The translations under genes and the position numbers were made by a program. From assembly GCA_049516875.1 (NCBI GenBank), contig JBEKSS010000016.1, forward strand, positions 1 to 14,903: DNA of 14,903 nt. The letters run 5' to 3'. The stretch's first letter is position 1, and the number at the start of each line of letters is the position of its first letter. Under the pieces are notes generated by a model. It saw nothing but the letters and a program-made list of their open reading frames with translations. It ran no database searches and was not told where the DNA came from. This DNA comes from Candidatus Bathyarchaeia archaeon. Its GTDB lineage: Archaea; Thermoproteota; Bathyarchaeia; Bathyarchaeales; Bathycorpusculaceae. This document shows, in pieces, positions 9,038 through 14,903 of this stretch.

Positions 9038-10333
9038 TCAACTAGTCGTTAAGGCGTTTTGCTCCTCGGCTGCTTTAACTTCTGGCAATGTATAGTTTCC
9101 GTAGGGTAAGGTCCAGACTTTGGCGTTCTTGCCCACTATGGCCATGGCTTCGTTCAAAGCATCGTTTACCGCTCTCGCGGTTTTCAGTTTGAAAACGTTT
9201 GCGGCATAGTAATCTGGCATTGAGGAGACCAAGATTATGCGAGCTTTTTGCAGGGCTTTCATATAGTAATAGGCCGTTGATCCTCCTATAGCAAAATTGC
9301 GTTTTATCTCTCTTTCGACTGCCTTCAAGTCGGGGAACTTGGTCATCCACTCGTAGAAATCTTGGTTTCCATGGCCTTCCGGCAGTTCGGCTACCAAGAT
9401 TATCACGCCTCCCCTCTTCACAACTTCTAAGGCATTATCGACACTCTTGTATGCCTGAAAAAGATTCAAGTCCGCTGGGTCTCCGCCCGGACTGACTACG
9501 ACAATGTCTGCTCGTCGGTCGACCTGCACATGGTACATCTCATCAACAAGCTTGACCCCCTCAGAGAAAACTTGCTCCAAATCTCCTGCAAAAGCTCTCA
9601 CAATTTCCCGTTTGCTGTTCATCACAACGTTCAGGACAAAGTCCACCCTTGCCATCGATGCGGCTTCAACCATGTCCTGATGAACAGGATTTTCAGCAAG
9701 CACTCCGGTCCTTGCATTCGGGTCCAACAGTAGAGAATGATTGTGTCTTACCGTTTCTTCACCTGATATTCCAGGCAGCACGCTTCTTCTTCCGCCGTCA
9801 TAGCCAGCAAAATAGTGAAGGCCAATGTCCCCCGTTAGGATTCTGACATCCGCATCTGTGAACAGACGGTTCAAGAAGACTTTCGTTCCATGCTTCTGCG
9901 TCGTGCCCACCTGAACCAAGTCCTGAGCTTTACAGTCATGACTTACGGTTTTGACACGATTGTAGACAGATTCGCTCAGTAGCTTAACCGCCAATTCAGG
10001 TTTCACAGCCTTGCGGATCGCACATGCAAAAATGACGGTCACGTTCTCATCCTTGACTCCTTGGTGGTTCAGTTCGTCGAGCAACGGCGGAACCATGAGA
10101 TCACTTGGCGCATGTTCAGTAGCATCATCCACAACTATCGCCACTCTGCTTTCCGGTTTGACCAATTCGTTGAGCGTCTTAGAACCTAAAGGTCCTTTCA
10201 ACGCCCTTTCAATTTCAGCTCTGGGGTTTGGCACGCCAGGCTTCTCTTTCGGCTCTATCGAGCCTAGAAAATTCCTAGTTGGAATTCTTATGCAGACTTG
10301 TGACTTTCCGTATGGAAGCCAAGCATCAACCAT
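9038..10333 (-). CDS. LarA (lactate racemase) superfamily protein with an atypical active site
   Basis: LarA-type blocks: LPYG, PLG, VDD-x-T, SHD, HYFAGYDGG, LPG, HNH, NPVH-x-DM, SPGG-x-P-x-D-x-N-x-FQA-x-K, GGVII and LPYG. Several catalytic residues are substituted. Confidence 0.9.
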   Translation of the reverse strand: MVDAWLPYGKSQVCIRIPTRNFLGSIEPKEKPGVPNPRAEIERALKGPLGSKTLNELVKPESRVAIVVDDATEHAPSDLMVPPLLDELNHQGVKDENVTVIFACAIRKAVKPELAVKLLSESVYNRVKTVSHDCKAQDLVQVGTTQKHGTKVFLNRLFTDADVRILTGDIGLHYFAGYDGGRRSVLPGISGEETVRHNHSLLLDPNARTGVLAENPVHQDMVEAASMARVDFVLNVVMNSKREIVRAFAGDLEQVFSEGVKLVDEMYHVQVDRRADIVVVSPGGDPADLNLFQAYKSVDNALEVVKRGGVIILVAELPEGHGNQDFYEWMTKFPDLKAVEREIKRNFAIGGSTAYYYMKALQKARIILVSSMPDYYAANVFKLKTARAVNDALNEAMAIVGKNAKVWTLPYGNYTLPEVKAAEEQNALTTS

Positions 10334-10492
10334 GGGACATCACTTGAATATTGAAACACGCTGGCGCAAACTATTAAGTTTTGTCAAAGGAAAATGGGAA
10401 AGCAGCCAGAAACACCTGTCCGTCCTTGGTCGACTCGCCTGTAGCACAAGTTTCTTTAGAGGCTACATACAATAATCAAGAACTGTGAGGGA

Positions 10493-11191
10493 TTGAAAGT
10501 GTCGATTGGAAAGACCCCTTCGAAAAACGAAGTTCTCCTTGTGTGGTTTAATCGCTATGCCGGCGTAACCCTCAAGACCCCTTCAAAAACATTGGTGATT
10601 GACCCTGTAGACGTTAAACCTCGAGACTTCAAGAATGTTGACGCAGTCCTGATCACCCACGAGCATTATGACCACATGGACCCATCCCTTATTTCAGAAC
10701 TTCAAAAATCAACGCAGTGCACCGTGGTTGCCGACCCAACTTCCGTGAAAAAACTGCGACACTTGATTTCTCCAGAAAAACTGGTCGAAGCCAGACCAGG
10801 TTCAGAAGTCAAGTTTGACACGGTATCGGTGAAAGTCGAAAGCAGCAATCATCCACCAGCAACCACGCCAGTATCCTTCATAGTCACAAGTGAAGACGAC
10901 ATCAAAGTCTTTCACACAGCAGACAGCCTGCCCTTTCCAGAAATGGCCACTATAGGTGAAAGAGAGAAACTGGACCTTGTTTTCTGCACTGTAGGGATCG
11001 CGCCTGGGACTTCACCAGAAACAGGCTTTGAAATCGCAAGATTAACGAAACCCAAGGTTGCAGTCCCCTATCACACAGGCTCGTCGGCAGACCAGAAGAG
11101 ATTTGCCGAGCTTCTGAAGAAGGAGCTGCCAAAGATGACCTGCTTGATTCCTGAAATTGGAAAGATATATCAAGTTTCGAAGAGGAAGTGA
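10493..11191 (+). CDS. Metallo-beta-lactamase-fold hydrolase (UlaG/Lactamase_B_3-like)
   Basis: VIDP, HxHxDH motif THEHYDH, SNH, HTAD and VPYH. TTG start. Confidence 0.9.
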   Translation: MKVSIGKTPSKNEVLLVWFNRYAGVTLKTPSKTLVIDPVDVKPRDFKNVDAVLITHEHYDHMDPSLISELQKSTQCTVVADPTSVKKLRHLISPEKLVEARPGSEVKFDTVSVKVESSNHPPATTPVSFIVTSEDDIKVFHTADSLPFPEMATIGEREKLDLVFCTVGIAPGTSPETGFEIARLTKPKVAVPYHTGSSADQKRFAELLKKELPKMTCLIPEIGKIYQVSKRK

Positions 11192-11195
11192 AATA

Positions 11196-11834
11196 TTGCC
11201 TGACCGAAAAACCAGTGAAGCCGTGAAAATTGAAATCTGCAAGATCCTAGACCGGATAGGAGCGTTCAAATTCGGAGCCTTCAGGCTTACAAGCGGAAAA
11301 ATGAGTCCCTACTACATAGACCTTCGCATAGTCCCGAGTTTTCCAGACGCTTTTCGAGAAATATGCCGTTTCTATGCGGACTTCATAAAGGATAAGGTCG
11401 GCACAAAGAACTTTGAAAGGGTAGCGGGAATTCCGGTTGCAGGCATACCCTTCACCGCTTTGATTGCATATGACCTGAAAAAACCGTTTCTGTACATACG
11501 CAAGGGCGTGCGTCGTCATGGAAGAGAGAGGAGAATAGAAGGGGTTATCGCACCCGGAAACCGTATCCTCTTGGTTGACGATCTGATTACGACTGGCCTG
11601 TCATTGCAGAACGCGGCGAAAACCATCGTTGCCGAAGGCGGGGTGGTGACGGATGCAGTTGTGCTACTAGACAGGCAAGAAGGCGGAAAAGAAAGACTCG
11701 CAAAAAGCAGAATAAGAGTTCACGCCTTGCTCAACATCACTGAAATAGCTAAGACGTTGCATGAACTGGGGACAATAGACGAAGAACAGCTCAGAACTAT
11801 CTTGAGACAAATTAAGACCGGACAAAAAAAGTAA
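11196..11834 (+). CDS. pyrE: Orotate phosphoribosyltransferase
   Basis: FGAFRLTSGKMSPYYIDLR, RK-x4-HG loop, PRPP-binding VDDLITTG and LLDRQEGG. Likely start is TTG 11196, 4 nt after the MBL stop; the ORF track extends to 11157. Confidence 0.95.
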   Translation: MPDRKTSEAVKIEICKILDRIGAFKFGAFRLTSGKMSPYYIDLRIVPSFPDAFREICRFYADFIKDKVGTKNFERVAGIPVAGIPFTALIAYDLKKPFLYIRKGVRRHGRERRIEGVIAPGNRILLVDDLITTGLSLQNAAKTIVAEGGVVTDAVVLLDRQEGGKERLAKSRIRVHALLNITEIAKTLHELGTIDEEQLRTILRQIKTGQKK

Positions 11835-11851
11835 GTCTGGGTTTACAGAGG

Positions 11852-12342
11852 TCATTCATAGAATATTAGGTCTTGATCTTCCAGTATCTTATGAAGCTTG
11901 TGTACTGCGTCATAGACATCCTGTTCTTTCTTAGCTCCTGTGCATACGAGTTTCCCGCTTGCAAACAACAGTATGACGACTTTGGGCTCATCCATCCTGT
12001 AGATCAGCCCTGGAAACTGTTCAGGCTCATACATCGTCTTTCCAAGTGTATACACGGCCTTTTCCAAGTCGATCATTCCGTCTAAGCTTGCTGAGGCGAC
12101 TATGTTTTGAATCTTCAACTCGGGTTTGCTGATGATGATTATCCCGCCCTTCTTCAGCTCCTTAACAACCGTCATAACAGCTCTGCGTGCTTCCTTTTTC
12201 GATTTTGCTCCTGTGCACACCATTTTTCCAGAGTTGAAAATCAGCGTGGCTGTCTTCGGTCTCTTAAGCCTAAATACTAGTCCGGGAAACTGTTCCGGTC
12301 GATACTCGACACCTGGATAACTATGGCGTTAGTTTTCGGCAT
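11852..12342 (-). pseudogene. tbp: TATA-box-binding protein, copy A, with an internal frameshifting deletion
   Basis: Frame 12319-11852 reads YPGVEYRPEQFPGLVFRL...FNSGKMVCTGAK...IQNIVAS...YEPEQFPGLIYR...LIFYE. It has an in-frame TAA just upstream. ATG 12342 encodes MPKTNAIV in another frame, and the first-repeat NVVAS...DL segment is absent. Confidence 0.85.
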
Positions 12343-12370
12343 GGAATCCCACTTCTTACTACTGAAGTGT

Positions 12371-12389
12371 TTTAAATACCCTCTATAAA
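12371..12389 (-). promoter_or_regulatory. Putative TATA box(es) of tbp copy A
   Basis: Minus-strand TTTATAG (12389-12383) and TATTTAAA (12378-12371), about 30-45 nt upstream of ATG 12342. Confidence 0.45.
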
Positions 12390-12422
12390 GCCTTAGGTGT
12401 AAGTCTTGTGTGCAGGTACTAG

Positions 12423-12483
12423 TTCTCACTTCTTTTGCGAAGGATTTTAGCGCGCGCCAGAAAATGGAAAATTTCTCACTTCT
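12423..12483. repeat. 11-bp direct repeat flanking a GC-core imperfect palindrome
   Basis: TTCTCACTTCT at 12423-12433 and 12473-12483, with ATTTTAGCGCGCGCCAGAAAAT between them. Confidence 0.6.
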
Positions 12484-12521
12484 AGGACAGGCAATTATCG
12501 ATGCAAACCTTCACTCCTGGC

Positions 12522-12536
12522 GAGAAAGTTAATAAG
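12522..12536 (+). promoter_or_regulatory. Putative BRE-TATA promoter
   Basis: GAGAAAG followed by TTAATAAG, about 27 nt before ATG 12563. Confidence 0.55.
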
Positions 12537-12562
12537 AAAAGGATGCAATGTTGAATAAAAAG

Positions 12563-12760
12563 ATGAAACGTAAAATGAATAGTCGTTCAGTTCGAGAGTT
12601 CTTATCGTTTGCGCTTATGGCAGGGTTCTTCTTCGTGGTTTTCTATCTGAACATAGGGCTCCTATACAAGATCTTCATGGCTGTTTTGGTTTTCGCACTA
12701 GTCTTCCTCCTCGGATTGGCAGATGAAGCTGTCAAACAAATGGAAGACAGAAGATTCTGA
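12563..12760 (+). CDS. Small two-TM membrane protein
   Basis: Basic N-terminus, two hydrophobic helices and a charged C-terminus. Start 12563 was chosen from promoter spacing; alternatives are 12548 and 12575. Confidence 0.7.
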   Translation: MKRKMNSRSVREFLSFALMAGFFFVVFYLNIGLLYKIFMAVLVFALVFLLGLADEAVKQMEDRRF

Positions 12761-12923
12761 AACACATGCCGAAACGTAGTTAGGCGATAACGCAAGCCTA
12801 GGAGGTTTTGCGATAGCGCAAATAAATTCGTTTATGATCTTTTGAGTCCTTTCATGATTAATATGCGGGAAAGTGGGTATGACCACTGAGGCAGTCAGCC
12901 TCGACTTAGGAGGTGCAATTTGA

Positions 12924-13013
12924 ATGGAAATTGTCGAAGACATACATAAAGTGGATGGGGTTAACGCGAACGTCTATCGGATAATAGCGCGCTACATGGA
13001 GGGAAATGTCTAG
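12924..13013 (+). pseudogene. Truncated gene remnant, probably the N-terminus of an MBL-fold hydrolase
   Basis: Strong SD AGGAGGTG (12908-12915), then MEIVEDIHKVDGVNANVYRII, which resembles glyoxalase-II-type MBL starts. Stops after 29 codons. Confidence 0.55.
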
Positions 13014-13409
13014 GCGAAAGCAAGATTCGTCAAACCCTAAGAACAGACGGCAGTTCTGGAAAATTAAAAAGGGTTTGTCAATAAGACACTCCGGAAAGGT
13101 GGAGAGTAGGGTTGAAGTGATATCGATTAGGACGAGTGTGCACTACTAGTGCTTGAAGTTGGGGATGGTTATCATTATGTCACGTGTGCGGTTGGATGTT
13201 CCTTTTGTTGCTTGGGTATCAGAAAATATCCAACGTTAGAATACAGAGCGTTCGGGAATGAAATTCTATGACAAAACACTAGATTCACTTGACTTGATTC
13301 GAAGATTTTCATCTAGTTTGCGCGTAAACTGCAGGAGATATCTTCACTTCAGTATTCTGCAGTCTTGGCTGATCTGTAGGACCTGTTTCGAGTGGGGTTT
13401 TTTCTGACT

Positions 13410-14408
13410 CTATGAAAGCTTTGAGTCTACGCGCTGGGTTTGAGCGCTTCTCAGCCTCATGAATTCCACGAGCTTCCAGACATCAAAAAGTGCTAAGAGA
13501 ATTATAGCTATTTGAGCAAATGATAATGTCTGAATACCTAGTCGTATGCCGATATGCGAGCCATCATTTAGCATACTATCAACTCTGTAAGTAAGAAGGC
13601 CTGAAGAAAGGGAACTGCTGCTAACGTTGTGTTGAACTTGATAACTTTCGTGAAATTGCAAGTCAGGGTACATGCCGTGAACGGTGACGTTTTGCGGAGG
13701 AATAGCGCCTGGTTGCCAGAAAGTGAAGGCGCCCCATATGTTGAAGGCTATGAAACTTATGACGAGCAGGTTTATGATTATCAAATAAATCGTGTCGATG
13801 CTGAGTTTCCCGAATATCTTTCTCTTCTCTTTTGCCGGCTCCCTTTCGCTGGTATTGTTTTTTTCTTTGTCAGTGGCCGGTAGAATCACGATTACTATAG
13901 TTAGGATGATTATCACGAAGATGATAAGATAGACGTACTCTTCTGTGTGCATGAGCAAAGCGATGTTGCCTGCATATGGGATTCTTGCTATTACTTTCCC
14001 AACAAGTCGGCTTTCATCCCATTGTTCCTCGCTGCCTGGCGGATTGTTGTCGCCATGTGTGTGAAAAATGTAAACACCACTACTGTTGTCACTTCTCACG
14101 GCTCTATGAACAATAAGCTCTTGCGTAGAGGGGGATTTGAAAACCACGACATCTCCGTTTACATAGTTGGCGTATATTTGACTAGGAGGGACCGCTTGAA
14201 CTATTATTAGGTCACCTATGTTTAAAGTTGGCAGCATGCTTCCAGAGACTACAGACAGTGCAGGAGTGTCGGTGTTCAGCGCTAGTCTTAGGCCATACCA
14301 GAACCCAAAAACAAGTGCAACTATCAAAATGATTGTTACTGCTGTTTGGAAATACTCATTTTTCCAAAACTTTCCTAGCGTCGACGTTGTCAATGGTTTG
14401 CCTTCCAC
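13410..14408 (-). CDS. Signal peptidase I (ER/Sec11 type) with a C-terminal membrane extension
   Basis: N-terminal TM, SGSM (Ser57), GDLII, GDVVVF, IVHR (His101), GDNN and VGKV-x3-IPY-x-G. GTG start; TATA-like TTTTAAAG at about 14441-14448. Confidence 0.92.
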   Translation of the reverse strand: MEGKPLTTSTLGKFWKNEYFQTAVTIILIVALVFGFWYGLRLALNTDTPALSVVSGSMLPTLNIGDLIIVQAVPPSQIYANYVNGDVVVFKSPSTQELIVHRAVRSDNSSGVYIFHTHGDNNPPGSEEQWDESRLVGKVIARIPYAGNIALLMHTEEYVYLIIFVIIILTIVIVILPATDKEKNNTSEREPAKEKRKIFGKLSIDTIYLIIINLLVISFIAFNIWGAFTFWQPGAIPPQNVTVHGMYPDLQFHESYQVQHNVSSSSLSSGLLTYRVDSMLNDGSHIGIRLGIQTLSFAQIAIILLALFDVWKLVEFMRLRSAQTQRVDSKLS

Positions 14409-14512
14409 AATGAAATGAACTTTGAATTACAGATGCCATGCTTTAAAACTTAACGCTTCTAAAAGTGAAAAAGAGGGGAGGACGAGCCTAATGGTAGCCA
14501 GCGTCTAGGGGT

Positions 14513-14683
14513 TTAGATCTTCTTTTTGCTCAGCACTTCACGGAATGGTTTATGATCCTTCGGGCATTCGTAAAGTCCAATCTCAAGCTCCATTCTCTTG
14601 CCTGACTTGTCTGGGCGACCTGCCATTTTCCACGTCTTCTTTGGTTTTGAAACTTCAGTTCCACATTTTGGACATTTGGCCAT
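14513..14683 (-). CDS. Small basic zinc-ribbon protein, Cren7-like chromatin protein (56 aa)
   Basis: Manual translation: MAKCPKCGTEVSKPKKTWKMAGRPDKSGKRMELEIGLYECPKDHKPFREVLSKKKI. SD GGAGG (14695-14691); Cren7-like P-x-K-x-W, IGLY and FR motifs. Below the ORF-track size cutoff. Confidence 0.85.
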   Translation of the reverse strand: MAKCPKCGTEVSKPKKTWKMAGRPDKSGKRMELEIGLYECPKDHKPFREVLSKKKI

Positions 14684-14732
14684 TTAATTTCCTCCAATGT
14701 ATTTCGATATTCATCGTTTCTGATGATGATAG

Positions 14733-14746
14733 ATAAATAACTTTCC
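14733..14746 (-). promoter_or_regulatory. Putative BRE-TATA promoter of the Cren7-like gene
   Basis: Minus-strand GGAAAG-TTATTTAT, about 50 nt upstream of ATG 14683. Confidence 0.55.
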
Positions 14747-14831
14747 ATCGTTTTCGGATACGAGCGCGTTCTACTTCACTACGATGAGGAATGTTCAACC
14801 GAAGGCGATAGGCGGTTAACGTGTGAAGCTT

Positions 14832-14903
14832 TTATTCGTAGAATATGAGGTTTTGTTCCTCCAAGCTTCTGTGAAGCTTATGCACTGCGTCATAAACGTC
14901 CTG
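14832..14903 (-). CDS. tbp: TATA-box-binding protein, copy B, 3' end only (runs off the window)
   Basis: Reads QDVYDAVHKLHRSLEEQNLIFYE-stop; 19 of 23 aa are identical to the C-terminus of copy A. Confidence 0.9.
   Translation of the reverse strand, partial: QDVYDAVHKLHRSLEEQNLIFYE

Noticed and set aside
11852-12223. 123-aa ORF as a complete standard TBP
   Set aside because: TBP homology continues 32 codons upstream of this ATG, and the apparent true start is at 12342 in another frame.
13051-13073. ORB-like sequence CAGTTCTGGAAAATTAAAAAGGG
   Set aside because: Lacks the TCCA-N-TGGA dyad, has no clear second copy, and no cdc6/orc1 gene is in the window.
13006-13149. 47-aa basic ORF MSRRKQDSSNPK...
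   Set aside because: No recognisable family and no convincingly spaced SD; cannot be supported.
14530-14748. ORF-track calls 14530-14748 (-) and 14545-14736 (+)
   Set aside because: Both overlap the better-supported Cren7-like ORF at 14513-14683.
12343-14831. Integrated element flanked by tbp att-like repeats
   Set aside because: The tbp copies are only about 78% identical over the comparable 72 nt, no integrase is present, and the enclosed genes include housekeeping functions.

Overview
Archaeal chromosomal window, most likely Bathyarchaeia/TACK (inferred from the 16S sequence and protein style, not a database result). Left to right it holds the 3' third of a 16S rRNA gene with no tRNA-Ala or 23S after it, Rqc2/RqcH (NEMF family), a small EMC6/OPTI-like membrane protein, radA with a tightly coupled unknown gene, and a two-subunit class I fumarate hydratase/tartrate dehydratase. 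Next come a three-gene membrane operon, an Ard1/RimI acetyltransferase, a LarA-family protein with a remodelled active site, and an MBL-fold hydrolase with pyrE. The right end is the most unusual part. One TATA-binding protein (TBP) gene keeps its start and promoter but has an internal frameshifting deletion. About 1 kb of accessory or decayed DNA follows, then an extended signal peptidase I, a 56-aa zinc-ribbon Cren7-like gene missed by the ORF track, and the 3' end of a second, diverged TBP paralogue at the window edge. No CRISPR array, tRNA or transposase was seen.
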